Origin: a virus
Virus genome (UHGV): UHGV-0060032
Strand: one strand, 5' to 3'
Length of the DNA stretch: 14,617 nucleotides
The stretch's first letter is position 1, and every line of letters begins with the position of its first letter. Of this stretch, positions 1 through 6,938 are shown one piece after another. A model generated the notes under the pieces. That model was given only the letters and a program-made list of their open reading frames with translations. It was not told the origin of the DNA and did no database searches. Made by a program: the position numbers and the translations under genes.

Positions 1-49
1 TTAATCACATATCGTGAATAATTAATTCATCTAACCACTGGAGGTTGAT

Positions 50-265
50 ATGAACAACATTGCAGAGCAGCGAAAAAAAATTGGGATTTCGCAAGCCGCT
101 CTGGCTTCTGCCATAGGCTGGGGGCAGTCGCGAATTGCCAATTATGAGCTTGATATCCGCACCCCTGGTCTGCCGGAAAGTCGCCTTATTGTCGAGGGCC
201 TGAACCGTCTCGGTTGCAATTGCTCCCTTGATGACGTTTTCCCACCAACTACCAGCGCAGCCTAA
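50..265 (+). CDS. Cro-like HTH (XRE-family) transcriptional regulator
   Basis: 71-aa ORF with GGAGG RBS at 40-44; helix-turn-helix-like segment IGISQAALASAIGWGQSRIANYE; sits immediately upstream of nutR and cII, the position of cro in lambdoid phages. Confidence 0.65.
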   Translation: MNNIAEQRKKIGISQAALASAIGWGQSRIANYELDIRTPGLPESRLIVEGLNRLGCNCSLDDVFPPTTSAA

Positions 266-273
266 GTAACACC

Positions 274-306
274 CGCTCTTATCACATCTAAGCCCTGAAA
301 AAGGGC
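274..306 (+). promoter_or_regulatory. nutR-like N-utilisation site: boxA CGCTCTTA (274-281) and boxB hairpin GCCCTGAAAAAGGGC (292-306)
   Basis: boxA matches the lambda boxA consensus and boxB matches lambda nutR boxB as I recall it; GCCCT/AGGGC is a perfect 5-bp inverted repeat with an A-rich loop, located between cro and cII. Confidence 0.75.
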
Positions 307-388
307 GATTCAAAACAACAAGTCTTAAAGGCTATGCGTGTCTGCACATTGGCCTATTTAACTATTTAACACTCTAGGAATTTAACAA

Positions 389-688
389 ATGGAAAACTCA
401 ATTAACCGCAACAAGGTCAATGCCCGTCGCATTGAGTCCTGGTTGCTTAACCGTATCGCTATGAAAGGTGGCAACAACGTAGCTAAAGAGATCGGCGTTG
501 ATAAGGCACAGATAACCCGCTGGAAAGAAACGTGGCTGCCGAAGATGGCAATGCTGCTTGCTGTTCTTGAATGGGGCGTCGTTGACGACGATATGGCTCG
601 ATTGGCACGACAAGTTGCTTCGATTCTCACCAATAAAAAACGCCCGGCGGCAACCGAGCGTTCTGAACAAATCCAGATGGAATTCTGA
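389..688 (+). CDS. cII: CII-like transcriptional activator
   Basis: 99-aa product; the stretch RIESWLLNRIAMKG...LLAVLEWGVVDDDMARLARQVASILTNKKRPAATERSEQIQMEF is near-identical to lambda CII as I recall it; position after cro/nutR. Confidence 0.85.
   Translation: MENSINRNKVNARRIESWLLNRIAMKGGNNVAKEIGVDKAQITRWKETWLPKMAMLLAVLEWGVVDDDMARLARQVASILTNKKRPAATERSEQIQMEF
398..411 (-). promoter_or_regulatory. PRE-like CII-binding -35 element (TTGC-N6-TTGA on minus strand)
   Basis: Reverse complement of 398-411 is TTGCGGTTAATTGA. In lambda the CII site TTGCN6TTGC of PRE lies antisense inside the first codons of cII, as it does here. Confidence 0.4.
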
Positions 689-720
689 GGTAATTACTGG
701 ATCAATCCACAGGAGTCATT

Positions 721-1590
721 ATGACAAATACAGCAAAAATACTCAACTTCGGCAGAGGTAACTTTGCCGAACAGGAGCTAAGAGTGGCTGATATCGATGA
801 TGGTTACACCAGATTCGCTAACGAGCTGCTGGAAGCTATCGCAAGTGCCGATTTAACCGCTCGCCAGTTGAAAGTTATGCTGGCCTACGTCCGGAAAACA
901 TATGGATTCAATAAGAAAACAGATCGAATAGCCGATGAGCAAATTGCTCAGTTAACAGGACTATCAAGGCAGAATGTTAACAAGGCTAAAAAAGAACTGA
1001 TTTCAATGAATTGCCTGTTTATGGATGGAAATCAAATCGGTGTAAACAGGGAGGTATCTGCGTGGCAATTCAGCAAGTGTCTCCAAGTTAGCAACTTTGT
1101 CTCGAAGTTAGAGACAAAAAATGTCTCCAAATTAGAGACACTCAATGTCTCGAAGTTAGAGACACTCAATGTCTCGAAGTTAGAGACACACAAAAGACAT
1201 TCTTTAAAGACAAAAGAAAATATTAATAAACCCCCTATATCCCCCAAAAAAATTTCTCAGAAGTTCGACCCGCTAGAAACAGAGTTGCCTGATTGGTTAT
1301 CGGCAGAAACATGGTTGTCGTGGGTTACCTATCGCAAGGAGATAGGTAAGTCGATCAAGTCTAAGCAAAGCGTCACTCAGGCTATCAACGTTCTAAGCAG
1401 AAGTCTGGAGAAGGGATATACACCTGAAGAAATTATAAACCAGAGCATCGCCAGTGGTTGGCAGGGGATTTTTGAACCCAAGACTCCAAAGGGGAAATCT
1501 CAACCGAGGCCGCAGCAGCGAGCTATGCAGGAAAACTTTGCCGCCAAAGATTACGGGCAAACTGAAATGCCTTCATGGGCGCAGGAGTGA
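721..1590 (+). CDS. Replication initiator, lambda O-like (iteron-binding N-terminal domain)
   Basis: N-terminus MTNTAKILNFGRGNFAEQE...DDGY...LKVMLAYVRKTYGFNK closely resembles lambda O N-terminal domain; the gene contains the iteron array; RBS AGGAG upstream. Confidence 0.8.
   Translation: MTNTAKILNFGRGNFAEQELRVADIDDGYTRFANELLEAIASADLTARQLKVMLAYVRKTYGFNKKTDRIADEQIAQLTGLSRQNVNKAKKELISMNCLFMDGNQIGVNREVSAWQFSKCLQVSNFVSKLETKNVSKLETLNVSKLETLNVSKLETHKRHSLKTKENINKPPISPKKISQKFDPLETELPDWLSAETWLSWVTYRKEIGKSIKSKQSVTQAINVLSRSLEKGYTPEEIINQSIASGWQGIFEPKTPKGKSQPRPQQRAMQENFAAKDYGQTEMPSWAQE
1078..1260 (+). repeat. Origin of replication: iteron array plus AT-rich tract inside the O-like gene
   Basis: Four copies of the palindromic 19-mer TGTCTC-N7-GAGACA at 1098, 1122, 1146 and 1170 (exact 24-bp spacing), a degenerate copy at 1078, then an A/T-rich stretch 1189-1260. 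This mirrors ori-lambda organisation. Confidence 0.8.
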
Positions 1591-1592
1591 AT

Positions 1593-2486
1593 ATGAATAC
1601 GACAAATGGTTACAATCTGGCACTGCAAAGGCAACTTGTAGACTCAAAAATCAATGACATTTCTGATCTGAAACAGAAACTTGAGTTTAGCAAAATTGGA
1701 TCAGTATCAGATGGAATGTCAGTTACCAGCACAGTGGAAGAGTGCGAGAAACACGGTAAATATACTTCCTATGAGAAATATCTGACCATCTCAGGAAAAA
1801 GAATTACTTCAAGTAAATCTGAGTGCCCACAGTGCCTTGAGGAGAAAATTCGTAAGAAAGAGATTGAACGTGAGCAGGCAGAACAAAGAGCAAGACAATC
1901 AAAAATTGAATATTTGTTGAATTCTCTCAATATTCCAGAGAGGTTCAAAAATTGCACTCTTCAGAATTATGAGCCTGTTAACGATGATGCAAAGCGAGTT
2001 CTTAAGGTATGCCAGGCATATGCCAGTAAGTGGCCTGAACGCCTTCAAAAAGGTGGCGGACTGGTCATGTGTGGTAAGCCTGGAACTGGAAAGAACCACC
2101 TTGCACTGGCTATCGCTAGGCACGCCATTATCGAGCATCAAAGCTCTGTGATATTTACCACTGCGTTGAAAATTGCCAGAGAGTACAAATCAACATGGTC
2201 TAAGGCCGCAACCAGAACTGAAGAAGAAGTCATTAGGCAATTTACGCATCCTGACTTGTTAATAATCGATGAGGTTGGCGTGCAGTTCGGCAGTGATGCT
2301 GAAAAGCTAATCATGTTCGAAATTATCAACACCAGATATGAATACATGAAGCCAACAATCCTGATTAGTAATCAGAGCAAAGATGAACTTTCGGCATTCA
2401 TTGGTGAGCGTGTTATTGACAGGATGAATGATGGCGGAGGGTGCACTCTTGCGTTTACATGGGATAGTTACAGGAGCAGATCGTGA
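1593..2486 (+). CDS. DnaC/IstB-like AAA+ helicase loader with N-terminal Cys-containing extension
   Basis: Walker A GKPGTGKNHLA and Walker B LLIIDEVG; CEKHG...CPQC motif near N-terminus; start at 1593 chosen for AGGAG RBS; occupies the lambda P position after O. Confidence 0.75.
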   Translation: MNTTNGYNLALQRQLVDSKINDISDLKQKLEFSKIGSVSDGMSVTSTVEECEKHGKYTSYEKYLTISGKRITSSKSECPQCLEEKIRKKEIEREQAEQRARQSKIEYLLNSLNIPERFKNCTLQNYEPVNDDAKRVLKVCQAYASKWPERLQKGGGLVMCGKPGTGKNHLALAIARHAIIEHQSSVIFTTALKIAREYKSTWSKAATRTEEEVIRQFTHPDLLIIDEVGVQFGSDAEKLIMFEIINTRYEYMKPTILISNQSKDELSAFIGERVIDRMNDGGGCTLAFTWDSYRSRS

Positions 2487-2773
2487 CTGGAAAAGAAATC
2501 ATCCTGGAATATCTGAAAACTCATGAACAATTCTCCCCACATGAATTAGCACTGATCACCGGAATACCAAATAACAGAATCGCTCAAGCAGCAAGGCATA
2601 TGGTGAAACAAGGACATTTGAGTGTTGTTGAGCGTAAGTGGAAGACGGTTATTTATGCAAAACGCAAAGTGAAGAAGGAGCCAATTAAAAGAAATCCAGA
2701 TGGTACGGGGTGGGGATGTGCAAATCCAATGACGGCGTTTATTAATAGGGCGCTTATGGAGGTAAGGCAATGA
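2483..2773 (+). CDS. Small hypothetical protein, possibly winged-helix DNA-binding
   Basis: 96-aa ORF with a GTG start overlapping the stop of the loader gene (translational coupling); basic C-terminus; no family recognised. Confidence 0.4.
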   Translation: MTGKEIILEYLKTHEQFSPHELALITGIPNNRIAQAARHMVKQGHLSVVERKWKTVIYAKRKVKKEPIKRNPDGTGWGCANPMTAFINRALMEVRQ

Positions 2774-2798
2774 CCATCTACATCACTGAGCTAATAAC

Positions 2799-2830
2799 AG
2801 GCCTGCTGGTAATCGCAGGCCTTTTTATTT
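2799..2830 (+). terminator. Rho-independent terminator-like hairpin
   Basis: AGGCCTGC (2799-2806), 8-nt loop, GCAGGCCT (2815-2822), followed by TTTTATTT. Confidence 0.65.
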
Positions 2831-2859
2831 GGGGGAGAGGGAATTGGAGGCTTTAAGAA

Positions 2860-3075
2860 ATGAGTACGATAGCTGAGCTTGTCAGGGCTAATTTTCGTGA
2901 AGAGTTGGTGCGTTGGTATCGGTATCGTTCATCGTCCAGTTTGCCGATTGATGAGTTGTATGAGCATTCACCTGCTGCACGACGCTATCCGCGTGACCGT
3001 GTTCTTCGACGGTTGTCCAAACTCAACAATGAGTTTCAGCGCAACAGAATTATTCGGAGTCTGGATTTAAAGTAA
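2860..3075 (+). CDS. Hypothetical protein (71 aa)
   Basis: ORF with GGAGG RBS 8-12 nt upstream of ATG; no recognisable family. Confidence 0.4.
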   Translation: MSTIAELVRANFREELVRWYRYRSSSSLPIDELYEHSPAARRYPRDRVLRRLSKLNNEFQRNRIIRSLDLK

Positions 3076-3085
3076 AGGAGTGAGC

Positions 3086-3292
3086 ATGACAAATCAGCAG
3101 CAAATAGAGTTCATCCTTGAGCAGATTCGAAAAATGCGAGAAAAGAACCAGCCAGACATGATGGAAATATGGAGACGCCAGCAGGAAGAATACCGCAAGC
3201 ATATTTTTGGTGAGAGAAAACAGGATGACTGGAGCCTATATGGCTATGGCACCAGGACAAATAAAAACGGATATAGCCTTTACACATATTGA
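3086..3292 (+). CDS. Hypothetical protein (68 aa)
   Basis: ATG at 3086 preceded by AAGGAG; charged, helical-looking product; no recognisable family. Confidence 0.4.
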   Translation: MTNQQQIEFILEQIRKMREKNQPDMMEIWRRQQEEYRKHIFGERKQDDWSLYGYGTRTNKNGYSLYTY

Positions 3293-3300
3293 GGAATTCC

Positions 3301-3711
3301 ATGAAACAGACAATTTTCCTCAGGAGTAAGCAACAACAGCAAACCGCAATCACCGCCATCCTCGCAACACCACTCGATAAAGACAAGCCAGTTACCATCC
3401 GCATTACTGACTACAAGCGCAACCTTGACCAGAACGCAAAATTTCACGCGATGCTGGCGGATATCGCAAGTCAGGTTCAATGGTGCGGCAAATGGTTAAA
3501 ACCAGAACAATGGAAGGTTTTGTTGATAAGCGGTCATGCAGTGGCAACAAAGCAGGAAGCTGATGTTTTGCCCGGCCTTGAAGGCGAATACGTCAACATT
3601 CGCGAAAGCAGCGCGCAGATGAGCGTGAAGCGTATGGCAAGTCTGATCGAGTACACAACAGCATGGGCTATTGGTCAGGGTGTCAGATTTACCGACAGGA
3701 GGTACGAATGA
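3301..3711 (+). CDS. ninB: NinB-like recombination protein
   Basis: The segment [24 protein letters not shown]...[12 protein letters not shown] resembles lambda NinB as I recall it; GAGGAA RBS; first gene of a nin-like cluster. Confidence 0.6.
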   Translation: MKQTIFLRSKQQQQTAITAILATPLDKDKPVTIRITDYKRNLDQNAKFHAMLADIASQVQWCGKWLKPEQWKVLLISGHAVATKQEADVLPGLEGEYVNIRESSAQMSVKRMASLIEYTTAWAIGQGVRFTDRRYE

Positions 3712-3884
3712 GACGACAGCGACGAAGTATCACCGACATAATCTGCGAAAACTGCAAATACCTTCCAACGAAACGCTCCAGAAATAAACGCAAGCCAATC
3801 CCAAAAGAATCTGACGTAAAAACCTTCAACTACACGGCTCACCTGTGGGATATCCGGTGGCTAAGGCATCGTGCGAGGAAATGA
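3708..3884 (+). CDS. ninE: NinE-like small protein
   Basis: 58-aa basic product [19 protein letters not shown]...; ATGA overlap with ninB stop; size and position match ninE. Name is from recall and synteny only. Confidence 0.5.
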   Translation: MRRQRRSITDIICENCKYLPTKRSRNKRKPIPKESDVKTFNYTAHLWDIRWLRHRARK

Positions 3885-3886
3885 CA

Positions 3887-4297
3887 ATGGATTATTCACA
3901 GTTAAGTGATTTTGAAATTAACAAGCGAGTATGTGAGGCTTTAGATATGGAGGAGCATTTCTTCATACCTGATGACGAAGCAGATTTCGATTCTGAGATC
4001 CCCACTGACGAAAGAGGTCCTATTTGGCAGACGCAAAAAAGGGATATTAATGGCTTCCGTTCTTCAAACGGAAATTGCTTCAATCCTTGCAATAATCCTG
4101 AATATGCGTGGCCAATTATCACTGAAAACAAAATCAGCATAATGTTTGATAGTACCGATACGAGATATGAAGGCGAATATCACGAGTGGTGTGATGCGAT
4201 TTCATCTTGTCAAAAGTTCGGAATTCAGTATCAGTCTAATCCACTCCGCGCCGCCATGATTGTCTTTCTCATGATGCAGGACGCCAATAATGCTTAG
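3887..4297 (+). CDS. Hypothetical protein in NinX-like position (136 aa, acidic, Cys-containing)
   Basis: ORF between ninE-like and ninF-like genes; start at 3887 chosen for GAGGAA spacing (3881 also possible). The NinX call is positional only. Confidence 0.4.
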   Translation: MDYSQLSDFEINKRVCEALDMEEHFFIPDDEADFDSEIPTDERGPIWQTQKRDINGFRSSNGNCFNPCNNPEYAWPIITENKISIMFDSTDTRYEGEYHEWCDAISSCQKFGIQYQSNPLRAAMIVFLMMQDANNA

Positions 4298-4466
4298 CCC
4301 ATCCCAATCCCTTCAATACCAGAAAGAAAGCGTCGAGCGGGCTTTAACGTGCGCTAACTGCGGTCAGAAGCTGCATGTGCTGGAAGTTCACGTGTGCTCC
4401 GATTGCTGCGCAGAGCTGATGAGCGATCCGAATAGCTCAATGTACGAGGAAGAAGACGATGAATGA
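4290..4466 (+). CDS. ninF: NinF-like small Cys-rich protein
   Basis: 58-aa ORF absent from the supplied track (under 60 aa); MLSPSQSLQYQKESVERALTCANCGQKLHVLEVHVCSDCCAELMSDPNSSMYEEEDDE; CxxC...CxxCC pattern; overlaps both neighbours. Confidence 0.5.
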   Translation: MLSPSQSLQYQKESVERALTCANCGQKLHVLEVHVCSDCCAELMSDPNSSMYEEEDDE

Positions 4467-5181
4467 GTTAATAAATGGCAATGCCATCAAAATGACAAGC
4501 ATTGAAATCGCTGAGTTGGTGGGAAGTCGTCATGACAAGGTGAAACAATCTATTGAACGACTGGCGGCTCGAGGTGTGATCCGAAATCCCCCAATGGTGG
4601 TTTTCGAAAAAATCAATAACTTAGGATTACTTCGTGGCGTAGAGGCTTACGTTTTTGAGGGCGAACAAGGTAAGCGAGACAGCATTATTGTCGTCGCTCA
4701 GTTGTCGCCGGAATTCACCGCTCGTCTTGTTGACCGTTGGCGAGAGCTTGAAGAAGCTGCGGTTAATATCCCCAAAACGCTACCAGAAGCGTTGCGCCTT
4801 GCTGCTGATCTTGCTGAGCAGAAAATGCAACTGGAAAACCAGCTCGCAATTGCCGCACCTAAAGTTGAGTTTGCCGATCGCGTTGGCGAGGCCAGCGGAA
4901 TTTTGATTGGAAACTTTGCAAAGGTTGTTGGTATTGGTCCAAACAAACTGTTTGCGTGGATGCGCGATCACAAAATCCTTATTGCTTCAGGTTCCCGGCG
5001 CAATGTGCCAATGCAGGAATATATGGAGCGCGGCTATTTCACAGTGAAAGAAACAGCGGTCAACACAAATCACGGAATACAGATATCGTTCACCACAAAA
5101 ATCACCGGGCGTGGTCAACAGTGGCTGACCAGAAAGCTGCTCGATAACGGAATGCTGAAAGTAACAGGGGAGGCTGCTTAA
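4459..5181 (+). CDS. Phage antirepressor-like protein (Rha/AntA-like N-terminal region, KilA-C/ANT-like C-terminal region)
   Basis: 240 aa; N-terminal SIEIAELVGSRHDKVKQSIERL resembles Rha/Ant N-domains; C-terminal half (APKVEFADRVGE...YFTVKET...) resembles KilA-C domains. Assigned by recall of family motifs. Confidence 0.6.
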   Translation: MNELINGNAIKMTSIEIAELVGSRHDKVKQSIERLAARGVIRNPPMVVFEKINNLGLLRGVEAYVFEGEQGKRDSIIVVAQLSPEFTARLVDRWRELEEAAVNIPKTLPEALRLAADLAEQKMQLENQLAIAAPKVEFADRVGEASGILIGNFAKVVGIGPNKLFAWMRDHKILIASGSRRNVPMQEYMERGYFTVKETAVNTNHGIQISFTTKITGRGQQWLTRKLLDNGMLKVTGEAA

Positions 5182-5471
5182 TGGCCAATCTACGCAAAGA
5201 AGCACGCGGCAGAGAATGTCAGGTACGTATTTACGGCGTATGCAATGGCAATCCTGAAACTACAGTTCTGGCACATTACCGGATGGCTGGAATTTGCGGA
5301 ACGGGAATGAAACCTGACGACCTGATCGGCGCATGGGCTTGTAGCGACTGCCACGCGGAGATCGACCGACGCACCCATAACCTCGACAACAAAGACGCCA
5401 GACTTTACCACCTCGAAGGCGTGATCAGGACGCAGGCGATACTGCTGAAGGAGGGGAAGATTAAACCATGA
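5181..5471 (+). CDS. YbcO-like DUF1364 protein (putative nuclease)
   Basis: 96 aa; MANLRKEARGRECQVRIYGVCNGNPETTVLAHYR...CSDCHAEIDRR resembles E. coli prophage YbcO; sits directly upstream of rusA as in DLP12-type prophages. Confidence 0.6.
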   Translation: MANLRKEARGRECQVRIYGVCNGNPETTVLAHYRMAGICGTGMKPDDLIGAWACSDCHAEIDRRTHNLDNKDARLYHLEGVIRTQAILLKEGKIKP

Positions 5472-5830
5472 ACGAATATCAGTTTGTGCTTCCATACCCG
5501 CCGTCGCTGAATACCTACTGGAGAAGACGGGGAAGCCAATACTACATCAGCGATAAAGGCCAGAAATACCGAAAAGACGTTCAGCAAATCATTCGCCAAC
5601 TCAAGTTAGACATTTTCACCAAATCACGACTCCGTATCAAAGTCATCGCAGACGTTCCAGATTCCCGCCGCCGCGACCTCGACAACATCCTGAAAGGTTT
5701 ACTCGACTCCCTTATCCACGCCGGATTTGCGGAAGACGACGAGCAATTCGATGACATTCGCGTAATTCGTGGTGTGAAAGTACCAGGCGGACGGCTTGGA
5801 ATAAAAATCACCGAACTGGAGAACGCATGA
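5468..5830 (+). CDS. rusA: Holliday junction resolvase RusA
   Basis: 120 aa; LPYPPSLNTYWRRRG...RRRDLDNILKGLLDSL...GGRLGIKITEL matches the RusA family including the acidic catalytic RRDLDN motif. Confidence 0.8.
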   Translation: MNEYQFVLPYPPSLNTYWRRRGSQYYISDKGQKYRKDVQQIIRQLKLDIFTKSRLRIKVIADVPDSRRRDLDNILKGLLDSLIHAGFAEDDEQFDDIRVIRGVKVPGGRLGIKITELENA

Positions 5831-6015
5831 ACGCCACAATTCAAACGATACCAGAGCTTCTTATCCAGACACGAGGCAATCAGACCGAAGTGGCGAGGAT
5901 GCTTTCCTGCGCAAGAGGAACAGTGCTCAAGTACAACCGAGACAGCAAAGGCGAGCGTCACGTAATAGTTAACGGCGTCCTGATGGTCAAACAAGGCAAG
6001 AGGGGAAGACGATGA
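5827..6015 (+). CDS. ninH: NinH-like small DNA-binding protein
   Basis: 62 aa; TIPELLIQTRGNQTEVARMLSCARGTVLKY resembles lambda NinH (Fis-like HTH) as I recall it; directly upstream of Q. Confidence 0.5.
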   Translation: MNATIQTIPELLIQTRGNQTEVARMLSCARGTVLKYNRDSKGERHVIVNGVLMVKQGKRGRR

Positions 6016-6530
6016 GCATAAGAGAACTAAACCTCACCAAAGAGCAGCACGAGTGGCTGAATGGCTGGCTTGAACTGTGGGGCGCATGGGTTTATTCAGG
6101 TCGTCTGGAAAAGCGCATGAGCAGCGTAATAGCGAAGTTCATGGAGAGCGTAGAGCCGGGAAGAATTATGACAAGGCCAATGTGTAATGATGATGATGGA
6201 ATGTTGATTTCTCAGGTCGTTGATTCCGTCATGTACATTGACAAGAAAGCCTTTGGCATCCTCCTCAGCTACTACGCTCATGGTTCATCTAAGCGAGCAA
6301 TTGCATCCTACTATCACGCGACTGCAAAGCCACGCAAGATGTGTGGACGCGGTGGCGAGGGATGGAGAAAACCTTCACTGGCAACCTGTAGAAACGAAAT
6401 TGACGATATCCTGAAAGCGTCATTATTTGTTTTGTACCAACCAATGCAAAATGCTTTCAAAATGCGTAAACGTGTTGAGAAAGTTAAGCATGTTGCTGTT
6501 AAAAACCTTGACATGCAATTAGCCATTTAG
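6012..6530 (+). CDS. Late-gene antiterminator Q (P22 gp23 / DLP12 QuuD-like family)
   Basis: 172 aa; WLELWGAWVYSG...RPMCNDDDGMLI resembles the Q-antiterminator family; a late-promoter-like element overlaps its 3' end. Confidence 0.65.
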   Translation: MSIRELNLTKEQHEWLNGWLELWGAWVYSGRLEKRMSSVIAKFMESVEPGRIMTRPMCNDDDGMLISQVVDSVMYIDKKAFGILLSYYAHGSSKRAIASYYHATAKPRKMCGRGGEGWRKPSLATCRNEIDDILKASLFVLYQPMQNAFKMRKRVEKVKHVAVKNLDMQLAI

Positions 6531-6537
6531 CCATAAT
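6508..6537 (+). promoter_or_regulatory. pR'-like late promoter
   Basis: -35 TTGACA (6508-6513), 18-bp spacer, -10 CATAAT (6532-6537), overlapping the end of the Q gene. Confidence 0.6.
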
Positions 6538-6593
6538 TAGAGGGTAAGCTGCCGTTAGTGACTCTTAAGTTGCAACGGTGGCTTTTTTTATTT

Positions 6594-6668
6594 GGGTCAG
6601 TCGTATAAAGGTCATTACGGAAGGCTGTTAACCTTCTTATCGTGGTTCGAGTCCACGCTGTCCCGCCA
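6594..6668 (+). tRNA. tRNA-Asn (anticodon GUU), phage-encoded
   Basis: Hand-folded cloverleaf, 75 nt: acceptor GGGTCAG/CTGTCCC (one U-U mismatch), U8, anticodon stem GAAGG/CCTTC with loop CUGUUAA, T-arm CGTGG-TTCGAGT-CCACG, discriminator G and encoded CCA. Confidence 0.6.
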
Positions 6669-6673
6669 AACAT

Positions 6674-6749
6674 GCTGGTTTAGCTCCAATGGTAGAGCGG
6701 TCGCCTTGTAAGTGAATAGGTAGCGGTTCAAATCCGTTAACCGGCACCA
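6674..6749 (+). tRNA. tRNA-Thr (anticodon UGU), phage-encoded
   Basis: Hand-folded cloverleaf, 76 nt: acceptor GCTGGTT/AACCGGC, D-arm GCTC-CAATGGTA-GAGC, anticodon loop CUUGUAA (stem has one G-A mismatch), T-arm AGCGG-TTCAAAT-CCGTT, discriminator A and CCA. Confidence 0.55.
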
Positions 6750-6805
6750 AAAACCCAGCCAGGGTATCTTCAGCCGCAGAGCTGACATTGCCACACCCTA
6801 ACATT

Positions 6806-6830
6806 CCCGCCTTGAGCGGGTTTTTTATTT
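6806..6830 (+). terminator. Rho-independent terminator (tR'-like), after the tRNAs and before the lysis genes
   Basis: CCCGC (6806-6810), loop CTTGA, GCGGG (6816-6820), then TTTTTTATTT. Confidence 0.75.
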
Positions 6831-6938
6831 CAGGCTCACGGGAATCAATCACTACGTGCTTTGTTGAAAATCCAGCCAGTGAAGCCTGATCCTTTTCATA
6901 CACACACAGCGCCATCCGAAAAATCGGAGGTGAGGCCT

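Noticed and set aside
5-313. 102-aa minus-strand ORF overlapping cro and nutR
   Set aside because: It is antisense to the well-supported Cro-like gene and the nut site, has no RBS I could see and no recognisable motif; probably a chance ORF. The cI repressor would lie further left, outside the window.
1095-1200. KLET peptide repeat as a functional protein repeat domain
   Set aside because: The amino-acid repeat is a by-product of the DNA iterons of the origin lying inside the gene, as in lambda O, not evidence of a repeat-protein domain.
6750-6805. Possible third tRNA after tRNA-Thr
   Set aside because: No T-loop (GTTCRA) or acceptor-stem complementarity found in this stretch.
6637-6915. 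92-aa minus-strand ORF spanning the tRNA and terminator region
   Set aside because: It overlaps two tRNA-like structures and a terminator, so the region is better explained by non-coding elements.
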